From positions 384,001 through 448,000 of the forward strand of contig CAWBMP010000004.1 in NCBI GenBank assembly GCA_963790025.1: a stretch of DNA of 64,000 nucleotides. The letters are read 5' to 3'. Source of the DNA: Nitrospirota bacterium (lineage in GTDB: Bacteria; Nitrospirota; Thermodesulfovibrionia; Thermodesulfovibrionales; Dissulfurispiraceae). Below the pieces are notes generated by a model, which did no database searches, was not told the origin of the DNA, and worked only from the letters and a program-made list of their open reading frames with translations. Below, piece after piece: positions 40,602 to 50,069 of this stretch; within the stretch, counting starts at the first letter, position 1; every line of letters begins with the position of its first letter. Both the position numbers and the translations under genes were made by a program.

Positions 40602-41606
40602 ATGACGCGCTCAACGGGATATATTTTAGTTGTAGGCGCAGGCTGTTGGGGAACCACCCTCGCTGCCCTGTTGGCCGAAAAGGGCTTCGATGTTCTGCTT
40701 TGGGCCCACGAGAAAAAGGTAATCGAACAGATCAACAATGACAAGACCAATGCAATCTACCTCCCCGATATACAATTGCCGTTCAGCCTTAGGGCTACCA
40801 ATAATCTTATCGAGGCTGTAGCTTCTGCCCGCTATATTATTAATGCTGTTCCTACCCAGCATATCCGTTCAGTTTTCCAATCTCTTAAAATGCATCTGAG
40901 CGGTGAGTCCACTATTATAAGCGTGTCCAAAGGGATTGAAATCGGGACGCTTCTGACCCCTTCCATGGTACTGAAAGAGCTCTTAGGCAGACCTGTCTCG
41001 GTACTTTCCGGGCCGAGCTTCGCAAAGGAAGTCATAGACAGGAAGCCCACCGCAGTGACTCTGGCGACCGAAGAAAAGAAAAACGGACTCCTCCTGCAGG
41101 AACTTTTTAATACGGACTATTTCAGGGTATACACCCATAACGATATCATCGGTGTTGAATTCGGGGGTGCCCTGAAAAATGTAGTCGCCATAGCCGCGGG
41201 AATCTGCGACGGCTTGGGGCTCGGACATAATGCAAGGGCTGCCCTTATTACGAGGGGCCTGTCCGAGATAGCGCGGCTGGGGACCCGCATGAACGCCCAA
41301 AAAGTGACATTTTCCGGGCTGAGTGGTCTGGGTGACTTAGTACTTACCTGCACCGGTCCCCTTTCGCGGAATTACACCGTAGGCCGCAAACTCGGACAGG
41401 GAATGAAACTGGCGGACATAACCGGACAGACAGAGCAAATTGCCGAGGGAGTAGCTACAACTCTGTCGGCCTATCAGCTCTCAAAAAAATACGACATAGA
41501 TATGCCTATCACCGGTCAGGTTTATCTGACGCTTTATGAAAACAAACCTCCTTCTGAGGCAGTGAAGGAGCTTATGAACCGCTCCCTTAAAATGGAGTTC
41601 CAATAA
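40602..41606 (+). CDS. gpsA: NAD(P)H-dependent glycerol-3-phosphate dehydrogenase
   Basis: GAGCWGT, SKGIE, SGPSFA, GALKNV and GLGDLVLTC..SRN motifs. Confidence 0.97.
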   Translation: MTRSTGYILVVGAGCWGTTLAALLAEKGFDVLLWAHEKKVIEQINNDKTNAIYLPDIQLPFSLRATNNLIEAVASARYIINAVPTQHIRSVFQSLKMHLSGESTIISVSKGIEIGTLLTPSMVLKELLGRPVSVLSGPSFAKEVIDRKPTAVTLATEEKKNGLLLQELFNTDYFRVYTHNDIIGVEFGGALKNVVAIAAGICDGLGLGHNARAALITRGLSEIARLGTRMNAQKVTFSGLSGLGDLVLTCTGPLSRNYTVGRKLGQGMKLADITGQTEQIAEGVATTLSAYQLSKKYDIDMPITGQVYLTLYENKPPSEAVKELMNRSLKMEFQ

Positions 41607-41625
41607 GGAAGAGGGACAGGGTTCC

Positions 41626-42378
41626 ATGGATAACAGGATATTAAAGGCTCTTCTGAGTGATGTCAAAACGGGCAGGGTATCTGTCGGTACTGCGCTTGAC
41701 ACCCTTAAGCACCTTCCTTATGAGGAAATGGATTTTGCAAAGGTGGACCATCACCGGTCGCTTCGGAGTGATATACCTGAAGTCATTTTCGCCCAGAACA
41801 AAAAGACCGAGGCTATTGCAGCAATTGCCGAGGCTATGCTGAAGAAGAGCGGCCGTTTTCTCATCACCAGGGCGCGGGAGGATATTTATGCTGCGCTCAA
41901 AGTGAAAGGGGCCAAGTTCTACCCTGCATCCGGCATCATCGCTTGCGGAAAAACCGTACCCCAAAAAGGCCATGTACTGGTCCTTTCCGCAGGAACATCG
42001 GACATCCCTGTTGCTGAAGAGGCTGAAGTGACCGCCTCCTTTTTAGGCAGCAGGACCGAGAAAATTATCGATGTCGGGGTCGCTGGAATTCATCGTCTTC
42101 TGAGTTTCAGGGACCGCATCGCACAAGCCCGTGTTGTCATCGTTATCGCCGGGATGGAAGGTGCCCTCCCTTCGGTGGTCGGAGGGCTTACCGACAAGCC
42201 GGTCGTTGCCGTGCCTACCTCTGTGGGATACGGTACAAGCCTCGGCGGGCTGACCGCTCTCTTTGCTATGCTCAATTCATGTGTACCGGGACTTGCCGTG
42301 GTAAATATCGACAATGGATTCGGCGCAGGCTGCCTGGCGCATAAAATCAATATACAAACCAGGCATAGGCAAAGGTAG
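41626..42378 (+). CDS. larB: Nickel-pincer cofactor biosynthesis protein LarB (PurE-like)
   Basis: AKVDHHR, PEVIF, AGTSDIPVAEEA, DVGVAGIHRL, AGMEGALPSV, PTSVGYG and NIDNGFGA motifs. Confidence 0.93.
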   Translation: MDNRILKALLSDVKTGRVSVGTALDTLKHLPYEEMDFAKVDHHRSLRSDIPEVIFAQNKKTEAIAAIAEAMLKKSGRFLITRAREDIYAALKVKGAKFYPASGIIACGKTVPQKGHVLVLSAGTSDIPVAEEAEVTASFLGSRTEKIIDVGVAGIHRLLSFRDRIAQARVVIVIAGMEGALPSVVGGLTDKPVVAVPTSVGYGTSLGGLTALFAMLNSCVPGLAVVNIDNGFGAGCLAHKINIQTRHRQR

Positions 42379-42454
42379 AGGTAAAGAAAAAACCTAAGAA
42401 CAACCTGATATTTCTTACCTACCCCTTTACCTTTACCTTTGCCTTTACCTGCCT
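42361..42454. repeat. Hexamer-repeat hairpin (AGGYAA / TTRCCT) between convergent larB and diguanylate cyclase
   Basis: AGGCAT AGGCAA AGGTAG AGGTAA on the left; TTACCT ACCCCT TTACCT TTACCT TTGCCT TTACCT on the right; 42367-42377 pairs perfectly with 42434-42444. Confidence 0.8.
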
Positions 42455-43358
42455 ACACGGCGACTGCCTTGACTACCTTGTTCCTGCCCCCTCGCTTGGC
42501 CTCATAAAGAGCTTCATCCACCCTTTTTATCATCATGTCAGCAAGTTCATCGCCGCTGAATTCAGTAACACCGAAGCTGGCGGTAAACCTCACTTGATCG
42601 CAGGAATATGAAGTCTTGATCAATACCCTCAACTTTTCAGCCAGCTCAACAGCGTTGACAAGCCCTGTATCCGGGGCCACAATCATGAACTCTTCCCCTC
42701 CCCAGCGCGCAAAAATATCCTGGCCGCGCAGGTTTTGGGAAACGAGTCTGCTCATTTCAATCAGCACCCTGTCTCCTATGTGATGCCCATATCTGTCGTT
42801 GATTTTCTTGAAATGGTCTATATCAAACATTATGAGGGAAAGCGGTGCTTTATATCTTCGCGAGCGCTGAATTTCGGCCTCGAACAGTTCGTTGAACTTC
42901 AGCCTGTTGTAAATTCCCGTCAGCGCATCTGTATTTGCCTGAAGCGAGCACCGTTCGTTGGCCTGTCTCAGAGCGGCTTCAAGCTTCTTACGCTCGATGG
43001 CATAACTTATGGAGCGCTTCAATATCCGGGTTTCAATCTCTCCTTTAACCAGGTAGTCCTGGGCGCCCCTCCTGACGGTCTCCATTGCGAAGGTCTCATC
43101 GGAAAAGCCGGTTATAACAATCACAGGGACATCGTCCGTCTTATCGAGAACATAGTCAAGAGTTTTCGGGCCGGTGCTGTCCGGCAGGTTCATGTCGAGA
43201 ATGATTACATCCACTCCGCCTCGGGAAATCCTTTCAAGACCATCGGCCATACTGTTCACGATCTCCAATCGAAAGTTCTTGTCAGCCTCGGCGAGCATTG
43301 CAGATATGAGTATGACGTCGTTGGGATCGTCTTCTATAAGCAGCACATGACAATTCAT
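42453..43358 (-). CDS. Response-regulator diguanylate cyclase (REC-GGDEF)
   Basis: REC domain, DALTG, DIDHFKKIND, RxxD I-site (RGQD) and intact GGEEF. Confidence 0.95.
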   Translation of the reverse strand: MNCHVLLIEDDPNDVILISAMLAEADKNFRLEIVNSMADGLERISRGGVDVIILDMNLPDSTGPKTLDYVLDKTDDVPVIVITGFSDETFAMETVRRGAQDYLVKGEIETRILKRSISYAIERKKLEAALRQANERCSLQANTDALTGIYNRLKFNELFEAEIQRSRRYKAPLSLIMFDIDHFKKINDRYGHHIGDRVLIEMSRLVSQNLRGQDIFARWGGEEFMIVAPDTGLVNAVELAEKLRVLIKTSYSCDQVRFTASFGVTEFSGDELADMMIKRVDEALYEAKRGGRNKVVKAVAV

Positions 43359-43400
43359 TTATATGCTATATGCAAACCCGACCGGTCAGCAGGCAGGACA

Positions 43401-43607
43401 TCAGCTGTCTCCACCGAGACCGCCCGCGGAACCGACGGGAGAGTTACCGCCTCCTCCAGTAGAACAACAACTGAATGACGATATCTTCTTCTGCACATCG
43501 CCGGAACCACATTGGGGACATTTTATATCTTTTCCATTAGTAGTAATACTCTGAAAGACATCAAACGGTTCATTACATTTCTGACAGCAATATTCATATA
43601 TAGGCAT
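43401..43607 (-). CDS. FmdB-family zinc ribbon protein
   Basis: MPIYEYCCQKC...CPQCGS..VQKKISSF. Confidence 0.9.
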   Translation of the reverse strand: MPIYEYCCQKCNEPFDVFQSITTNGKDIKCPQCGSGDVQKKISSFSCCSTGGGGNSPVGSAGGLGGDS

Positions 43608-43709
43608 AATAAAAAGCACCTCACACTAAGAAGATATGACTGTACAGTTTCTAATATACAGTGTTATTTATAGTATATAATATATTATTTAAAAACGGAG
43701 GACAATGCA

Positions 43710-44543
43710 ATGATTAGACTGAGAGCGCTCGTCTTGTTACTTTTGCCGGTAATCCTGCTTGTCGGCGGCCTTGCCCATGCCGAAACACGAATACGCTGCG
43801 CCTCAACAACCAGTACGCAGAATTCCGGCCTTTTCGATTACCTGTTACCCCTGTTTGAGAAACAAACCGGCATAAAAGTAGACGTTGTTGCCGTAGGTAC
43901 CGGGGCTGCCATTCAAATAGGTAAAAAAGGCGATGCAGATGTTGTCTTTGTCCATGCGAAGGAGCAGGAGATGAAAGCGGTTGTGGAGGGTTATTTTGTG
44001 GACCGCCACGACGTCATGTACAATGATTTTGTTATCATAGGACCTGCCGATGACCCCGCAAAGGTGAGAGGACTGAAATCGGCCATTGAGGCTTTCAGGA
44101 AGATAGCCTCAGCATCAATACCCTTTGTGTCAAGGGGCGATAACTCAGGAACAAACATCATGGAATCTGCCATATGGAAAAAAACAGGCATCGAGCCAAA
44201 GGGTCGTAGATGGTATATGGAAGTCGGGCAGGGAATGGAGAAGACCCAGAGAATAGCTAATGAAAAACGTGCTTACACCCTCACCGACCGGGGCACATGG
44301 CTTGCAACCAAAGATAAAGACAGGCTGGATATGATTATTGTGCTAGAGGGGGACCCGGTATTGTTTAATCAATACGGCGTTATGGCGGTAAACCCGCAGA
44401 AGCATAAAGAGGTCAAATACACTGAGGCAATTACGTTTATAAACTGGCTCATATCAAAAGAGGGACAGCAGATCATCGCGTCATATAAAGATAAAAACGG
44501 CAACGCCCTTTTCATTCCCGATGCGCGGCCCGGCGCGCGTTGA
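43710..44543 (+). CDS. tupA: Tungstate ABC transporter substrate-binding protein
   Basis: STTSTQNSGL, VGTGAA, FVHA, MYNDF, SRGDNSGT, DRGTW and LFNQY motifs. Confidence 0.95.
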   Translation: MIRLRALVLLLLPVILLVGGLAHAETRIRCASTTSTQNSGLFDYLLPLFEKQTGIKVDVVAVGTGAAIQIGKKGDADVVFVHAKEQEMKAVVEGYFVDRHDVMYNDFVIIGPADDPAKVRGLKSAIEAFRKIASASIPFVSRGDNSGTNIMESAIWKKTGIEPKGRRWYMEVGQGMEKTQRIANEKRAYTLTDRGTWLATKDKDRLDMIIVLEGDPVLFNQYGVMAVNPQKHKEVKYTEAITFINWLISKEGQQIIASYKDKNGNALFIPDARPGAR

Positions 44544-44558
44544 ATAAGATATTAACTG

Positions 44559-44605
44559 AAGGGGACGGCTGTATTTAATTGTCCGTTAAATACAGCCGTC
44601 CCCTT
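44559..44605. terminator. Perfect 20-bp stem-loop between tupA and a convergent small ORF (likely bidirectional terminator)
   Basis: AAGGGGACGGCTGTATTTAA - TTGTCCG - TTAAATACAGCCGTCCCCTT. Confidence 0.8.
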
Positions 44606-44651
44606 TATTCGCTTTGCTTGTAATATGCTTTTGAGACAATATGCTTGTTGC

Positions 44652-44753
44652 TCAGGAAGAGCTTTTCAGTTTTTTTGCCAGTCTTTTTTCCTTAAGTGTG
44701 TGCTGTGCTTTTTTCTTTGCATTTGGTTTTTGCTTGTTCGTTTCTTTGCTCAT
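44652..44753 (-). CDS. Small Lys-rich protein, 33 aa (MSKETNKQKPNAKKKAQHTLKEKRLAKKLKSSS)
   Basis: AAGGAGGT RBS (44766-44759), TATAAT upstream (44788-44783), terminator downstream. Below the ORF-track length cutoff. Confidence 0.7.
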   Translation of the reverse strand: MSKETNKQKPNAKKKAQHTLKEKRLAKKLKSSS

Positions 44754-44885
44754 GCGATACCTCCTTAATGGGATATGACTCTATTATACTCCATCATCCA
44801 ACAGAATAGACAAGCAAGCATGCGTCGTTGGGTAGTGGCTTTTTGAAAGTCCTTTATGCGCTCAACTTGCGTTATAATCCAGTAT

Positions 44886-45593
44886 ATGGATTCGCTATTC
44901 GAAGGTTTCGGAAAAGCCTTTACTCTCATTATCAGCCTCGATCCTGAGCTGATGGGCATAATACTCCTCTCAATCGCTGTTTCCGGGACCGCCCTGTTCA
45001 TAGCAACTGCTCTCGGCGTTCCTCTCAGCGCCTTAATTAGTCTAAAGAAGCTGCCGGCACGCGGATTGATCATCAATCTTACGAACACGTTTATGGGGTT
45101 GCCGCCGGTGGCCGTGGGGCTTTTTTTGTATCTCCTGCTCTCCAGGAGCGGTCCCCTGGGCTTTATGGGATTGCTTTACACTCCTTCCGCCATGATAATC
45201 GCTCAGACCATTCTTGCCCTTCCCATTGTTACAGCCCTCTGCCACGCTGCCATTGTCAATGTCGATCCGATTATCCGGCAAGCCGCTTTGACCCTCGGCG
45301 CAACTCCTACGCAGGTCAGCGTCACAGTTATCAAAGAGGCACGATACGGCATTATTTCGGGAATACTTGCCGCCTTTGGAAGAGTGATGGCCGAAGTCGG
45401 AGCAATTCTTATAGTAGGGGGCAATATTGCCGGTTATACAAGGGTCATGACAACTACCATAGCCATGGAAACGGACAAAGGAAATTTTGAGCTTGCACTC
45501 GCGTTGGGTATTATACTGTTAGCAATGTCTTTACTCGTAAATGTTATGGTGCATGTTGTGCAGAAAAAAGGAGCGGTATCATATCAAAAATGA
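44886..45593 (+). CDS. tupB: Tungstate ABC transporter permease
   Basis: MGLPPVAVGL, LLSRSGPLG and EVGAILIVGGNIAGYTRVMTT motifs. Confidence 0.95.
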   Translation: MDSLFEGFGKAFTLIISLDPELMGIILLSIAVSGTALFIATALGVPLSALISLKKLPARGLIINLTNTFMGLPPVAVGLFLYLLLSRSGPLGFMGLLYTPSAMIIAQTILALPIVTALCHAAIVNVDPIIRQAALTLGATPTQVSVTVIKEARYGIISGILAAFGRVMAEVGAILIVGGNIAGYTRVMTTTIAMETDKGNFELALALGIILLAMSLLVNVMVHVVQKKGAVSYQK

Positions 45594-46243
45594 GTTTTAC
45601 TTTGGAAGTATCTGATATCGTAAAAAGCTACGACGGTTCGCGCGTTCTGGACCATTGCTCTTTTTCCTTCAATGCTGTAGGAACGTATATCCTGACAGGA
45701 CCCAACGGCTGCGGCAAATCGACTTTCCTCAGAATCTGCGCACTTATCGAGGGGCCTGACAGCGGGTCCGTTACTTTTTATGACGGGGACTCAAGGCTAA
45801 CAGAGAACATGAACCTGAAACGGAAGATAACTCTAGTCCTGCCGAAAGTCGGAATATTCAATACCACGGTCATGAAGAATGCAGCTTATGGTTTAAAGAT
45901 CAGAAAAATGGACACAGTAACTATAGAGGAAAAGGCGCGCCGCGCTCTTGAATTCGTGGGACTGGAGCACAAAAGTCGCCAGAATGCCCTTACGCTATCA
46001 AGTGGCGAGACCCAAAGACTGGGCATTGCAAGGGCACTGGTCATTGGGCCCGACATTCTCTTTCTTGATGAACCTACGGCTTCGGTCGATGCCAAGAACA
46101 CAAAACTCATTGAAAAAATCCTATCTCAGCTTACGACGGAAAATAGATCTATCGTCGTGATAGCCACACACGACACAGAGCAGGCGACGCGCCTTGCAGA
46201 CCGCTTGCTGGTCATGAAAAACGGCAGGATCCTCAAACAATAA
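45590..46243 (+). CDS. tupC: Tungstate ABC transporter ATPase
   Basis: Walker A GPNGCGKST, LSSGE signature, LDEPT; ATGA overlap with tupB. Confidence 0.9.
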   Translation: MSFTLEVSDIVKSYDGSRVLDHCSFSFNAVGTYILTGPNGCGKSTFLRICALIEGPDSGSVTFYDGDSRLTENMNLKRKITLVLPKVGIFNTTVMKNAAYGLKIRKMDTVTIEEKARRALEFVGLEHKSRQNALTLSSGETQRLGIARALVIGPDILFLDEPTASVDAKNTKLIEKILSQLTTENRSIVVIATHDTEQATRLADRLLVMKNGRILKQ

Positions 46244-46919
46244 GCCTTTCTCCTTCTGCAAGGTCTTCCAGCTTCCTTCTTTTCATTATAGTAATTTTAC
46301 GTCCCTGGACCTGTATAATATCCTGACCACTCATTTTCCCGAGGATGCGCGATATGGTTTCGGGAATTGTGCCGAGCAGGCTTGCAAGCTGTCCCTTGGT
46401 GATAGACAGTTCGAGATCACCCGAGCCGTTCTCCCGCTCACTCAGATAAAGGAGGTAGGCAGCCAGTCTGGAAGGCACCTCTTTCAGAGAGAGCTCCTCT
46501 ACGAGCTGGGTAAAGCGCCGCAGCCTTCTTGACAGGTCAGCAAGCATATTCATTGCAAGTGACGGGTCCTTCCTTATCAGTTCCAGAAAAACCGCCCTGG
46601 GAAAAAAGAAAAGCCTGCTCCTCTCTATTGTTTCTGCATTGGCAGGAAAATTCCCGCCGGTAAACACCGGCACCTCTCCGAAAGATTCACCCTGGGTAAC
46701 AAAATGCAATATTTGCTCCTTTCCCTCTGAAGAAAGCTTGAAAATCTTGACCTGTCCGGAAACGACAACATAAAAACCGGCTGCCTCCTCTCCCTCGGAA
46801 AAAACAGTCTGTCCTTTTTGGACCGTCTGGTCTACCGTGATATCCACCACTTCCTCGAGCTGCTCTCGCGAAAGACCGTGGAAAAGAGGAATATTTGCAA
46901 TCACGTCAATAATGCTCAT
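46233..46919 (-). CDS. Crp/Fnr family transcriptional regulator (HcpR/Dnr-like, no Cys cluster)
   Basis: cNMP-binding domain (SGQVKIFK..EGKEQIL, FGE) and HTH LASLLGTIPETISR. Confidence 0.93.
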   Translation of the reverse strand: MSIIDVIANIPLFHGLSREQLEEVVDITVDQTVQKGQTVFSEGEEAAGFYVVVSGQVKIFKLSSEGKEQILHFVTQGESFGEVPVFTGGNFPANAETIERSRLFFFPRAVFLELIRKDPSLAMNMLADLSRRLRRFTQLVEELSLKEVPSRLAAYLLYLSERENGSGDLELSITKGQLASLLGTIPETISRILGKMSGQDIIQVQGRKITIMKRRKLEDLAEGERLIV

Positions 46920-48079
46920 AGCTGGAGACCATTTACTGAATCAAGCACTCTTTTGCGCAATTCCCGGGGGGCTTCCTGGGGGACAAGAACTTTTCCATTG
47001 TCCAGGATAGGGATGAGCACATCTTCAAATATCCCGCCGCAGGCGCAATGGCAGACAGTATCGATATGGGGTATTATCTTATGGGCTGCGCACGAAGGGC
47101 ACCGCAGCACCCTCTTGCTTCCCGACCATTTGCCCCTTTTTGCCACAGGTTTTCCATCTATCTCCATTATATCCATTGCATAGTCGACGACAGGTGCGCT
47201 GCTTATAGAAGTCCCGATGCCGTAACCGTCAACAAGAGGGTTAAGTACCGGGATGTCCCCCTCCCTGATTCCCCCGCTCACATAAAACCTGATGTGTCCA
47301 TAGCCTCTCATGTCTAGTTCCCATCTGCACTCTTCAAGTATGCGATAAAAATCGCCCCTTCGCGATGATGGCGTATCGAAGCGTACAGCAAACAATTTGT
47401 CCCCCATTGCCCGCGCCACATTCAGGCACTCGAATTTTTCATCGAGAAAGGTATCTATTAAAGCAACCCTCTTCAGTTTCGGTTCGATGACTTCGTCATA
47501 GGCTTTTATCGCGTCGATTGTAGAACCAATACAAAGTATCAAGGCATGGGGCATGGTGCCCATAGGGTCCTCTCCTATCATTGCAGCGGTCCTTTGCACT
47601 GCAACACCGTCGCATCCTCCGACATAGGCATTGCGCTCTATCATCGGCGCCAAAGCAGGGTGCATCCTCCTGGCCCCAAAGCTGATAACGGCCCTGTTGC
47701 CTGCCAATTTCTTGAACCGGGAAGCCTTTGTAGCAATCCCGGATGCCTGGCAGATAAGCCCCAGAAGCGCGGTCTCATAAACGCAGAAATCCTGATACCT
47801 GCCCTCTATTTCAATTACAGGCTCGCAAGGATAAAATACGGAACCCTCTCTCATTCCCCTTGCCTTAATATTGAGATGCCTCATAAGAAACAACGCCTCC
47901 TCCAGTCCCGCAAAAACAGCCCAGGGCCATTCTTCGGGAAGGCCCTTGGCAATGAACTCTGCTTTCACGACGGGATTAATTCCCTTCTCCAGGAGAATTT
48001 TCATCGATCTTTCGAAATACACATCGGTTATCCTGCCCTGCAGTATTTCATCCGTCCCCGCTGTATGAAACATATCCAT
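46916..48079 (-). CDS. pncB: Nicotinate phosphoribosyltransferase (archaeal/Thermoplasma-like type)
   Basis: TDVYF, SFGARR, GTMPH, LIDT, VRFDT, SGGI and GIGT motifs. Confidence 0.92.
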   Translation of the reverse strand: MDMFHTAGTDEILQGRITDVYFERSMKILLEKGINPVVKAEFIAKGLPEEWPWAVFAGLEEALFLMRHLNIKARGMREGSVFYPCEPVIEIEGRYQDFCVYETALLGLICQASGIATKASRFKKLAGNRAVISFGARRMHPALAPMIERNAYVGGCDGVAVQRTAAMIGEDPMGTMPHALILCIGSTIDAIKAYDEVIEPKLKRVALIDTFLDEKFECLNVARAMGDKLFAVRFDTPSSRRGDFYRILEECRWELDMRGYGHIRFYVSGGIREGDIPVLNPLVDGYGIGTSISSAPVVDYAMDIMEIDGKPVAKRGKWSGSKRVLRCPSCAAHKIIPHIDTVCHCACGGIFEDVLIPILDNGKVLVPQEAPRELRKRVLDSVNGLQL

Positions 48080-48087
48080 GTCCCCTT

Positions 48088-48651
48088 CTAAATTATTTTT
48101 ACTCCCAGGACGTTCTTCATTATCCTGAGTGCCGCATCGTGGTCTTCTTTAGCTATGCCGGCAACGCCGTTTTCTATAACCGTGACCGCATAGTCCCTCA
48201 ATACGGCATCATATGCAGTAAACAGTATGCATATATGAGTGACGGTACCCGTAAGCCGGAGGCTGTCGACTCCCAAATTTTTCAGTATTTCATCAAGTCC
48301 CGTCTGATAAAAACCGGCATACGACGTCTTTTCGACTATTATATCGCCGGCCTCCGGTTCAAGTTCATCGACTACGCAGCCCCCTCTCGTGCCCTTCACG
48401 GCGTGAGCAGGCCAGCCGAACTTTAAAAACTCCTTGTCATCGGATGCATGAGCGTCGCACACGTAAATGACGGGGCTGCTTTCCTGCCGCGCCCGTTGAA
48501 TTTCACGCTTAATGGCGGGGATTACCTTTCTGGTCTCCGGCACTTCAAGAGGGGCGCTGGGAAGGACAAAATCATTAAGCATATCCATTATCAGCAAAGC
48601 CTCTTTCGGCATAACCACCGCATCTCCTGTTTCGGGCGAGAAACTGCCCAT
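48088..48651 (-). CDS. pncA: Nicotinamidase/isochorismatase family cysteine hydrolase (start may be 48618 or 48612)
   Basis: DMLNDF, DAH, WPAH, EKTSY and THIC (Asp-Lys-Cys triad); adjacent to pncB. Confidence 0.85.
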   Translation of the reverse strand: MGSFSPETGDAVVMPKEALLIMDMLNDFVLPSAPLEVPETRKVIPAIKREIQRARQESSPVIYVCDAHASDDKEFLKFGWPAHAVKGTRGGCVVDELEPEAGDIIVEKTSYAGFYQTGLDEILKNLGVDSLRLTGTVTHICILFTAYDAVLRDYAVTVIENGVAGIAKEDHDAALRIMKNVLGVKII

Positions 48652-48680
48652 GAAACTACTCTTTCAATATATTTCTTTTA

Positions 48681-48722
48681 TTGATTTAAGTCAATGTATA
48701 AGGTTTTGGCCCTTGTTACAAT
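48681..48722 (+). promoter_or_regulatory. Crp/Fnr-type box with extended -10 (class II promoter)
   Basis: TTGATttaaGTCAA (48681-48694) and TGtTACAAT (48714-48722); box centre falls at -41.5. Confidence 0.75.
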
Positions 48723-48768
48723 AAAAGCAGAAGAAATAACTTACAATGCCATTAGGAGGAAGAGTGCA

Positions 48769-49524
48769 ATGAAAACAATGAGAAAAATTATTGAGATTAA
48801 CGAGGACCTTTGCAACGGCTGCGGTGACTGTGTCACCTCCTGTGCCGAGGGTGCACTTGAGATAATCGGCGGTAAGGCCCGCCTGGTCTCGGAGACATAT
48901 TGCGACGGTCTTGGCGCCTGTCTCAATTGCCCTCAGGGTGCTTTAAAAATAATCGAGCGTGAAGCTGCTCAGTTCGATGAACACGCAACGGAACAATACC
49001 TTAAGGAAAAGGAAAAAATCGCGCGACAGAAGACTGCCGTCAGTACCCCCTGCGGTTGCCCGTCAAGCCGGCTCCAGATGTTCGGCAGCCCATCCTGCAG
49101 CGACGCAAACAGGCCTGCTCAGCAGACAAGCTCGACATCAGCTCTGTCGCACTGGCCGGTGCAGATACGGCTTGTACCGCCCACTGCCCCTTTCCTGAAA
49201 GGCGCAGACCTCCTTGTTGCTGCGGACTGCACTCCTGTTGCCTATCCGGACTTCCACGGCGATTTTCTGAAGGACAAAGTGATCATGCTGGGATGTCCCA
49301 AGTTCGACAACGCCGACGAATACATACAGAAGTTTGCCGATATCTTCAGGACAGCAGACATCAGGAGCGTAACCGTGGTTACCATGGAAGTGCCCTGCTG
49401 CTCAAAGCTGCCGATAATAGTTGAACGTGGCATGGCAATAGCCGGAAAACACATCCCTGTTGAAGAGGTGGTTATAAGTACGCGAGGTTACGTGCTCGGC
49501 CGCAAGCAGGCGGCAGTAGTTTAA
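48769..49524 (+). CDS. 4Fe-4S dicluster protein with Cys-rich C-terminal domain (hcp-regulon-associated type)
   Basis: CNGCGDC..C, CDGLGACLNCP, GCPS, HWPVQI, AADC, GCPK and MEVPCC motifs; AGGAGG RBS. Confidence 0.88.
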   Translation: MKTMRKIIEINEDLCNGCGDCVTSCAEGALEIIGGKARLVSETYCDGLGACLNCPQGALKIIEREAAQFDEHATEQYLKEKEKIARQKTAVSTPCGCPSSRLQMFGSPSCSDANRPAQQTSSTSALSHWPVQIRLVPPTAPFLKGADLLVAADCTPVAYPDFHGDFLKDKVIMLGCPKFDNADEYIQKFADIFRTADIRSVTVVTMEVPCCSKLPIIVERGMAIAGKHIPVEEVVISTRGYVLGRKQAAVV

Positions 49525-49530
49525 TTATTT

Positions 49531-49619
49531 GAGGCCGTAGGTACGAGGTTAGAGGCAAAAGCAAAAAAAAGTTATTTTTGTTGTGCCTCCAACCTCTAAC
49601 CTCTAACCTCTAACTTTGA
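49531..49619. repeat. Heptamer-repeat hairpin (GAGGTTA / ACCTCTA) overlapping the tadA 3' end
   Basis: GAGGCCG TAGGTAC GAGGTTA GAGGCAA on the left; GCCTCCA ACCTCTA x3 ACTTTGA on the right; same unit as 11370-11415. Confidence 0.85.
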
Positions 49620-50069
49620 CGCCCGCCTCGCCTGGAAAAATTGCTTGAGCAAAAGGGCGCATTCCTCCTCCATTACTCCTGAAACAATTTCAACCCGGTG
49701 ATTTAAACGCTTGTCGGACAACAGGTTATAGAGACTTTCTACACCGCCCCCCTTACTGTCCCTGCAGCCGAAGACAAGCCTGCCAAGACGGGCGTTCACC
49801 ATAGCTCCCGCACACATAATACACGGCTCTTTTGTTACATACAGCGTTGCATCGCAAAGTCGCCAATTCCGCACCGTGCGGGCCCCGGCCTTCAGCACAA
49901 GCAGTTCCGCGTGGGCCGTGGGATCGGATGCAGCCTCTCTTTTATTAAAAGATCTGGCAATTATCTGATTATTGATGACTAGTACTGCACCTACAGGGAC
50001 TTCACTCTTTTTAAATGCCTTCCCAGCCTCTCTGAGGGCATAGTTCATGAAATCAGCGTCTGAAGCCAT
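49596..50069 (-). CDS. tadA: tRNA adenosine(34) deaminase
   Basis: EVPVGAV, DPTAHAE, EPCIMC and LNH motifs. Confidence 0.95.
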   Translation of the reverse strand: MASDADFMNYALREAGKAFKKSEVPVGAVLVINNQIIARSFNKREAASDPTAHAELLVLKAGARTVRNWRLCDATLYVTKEPCIMCAGAMVNARLGRLVFGCRDSKGGGVESLYNLLSDKRLNHRVEIVSGVMEEECALLLKQFFQARRASKLEVRG

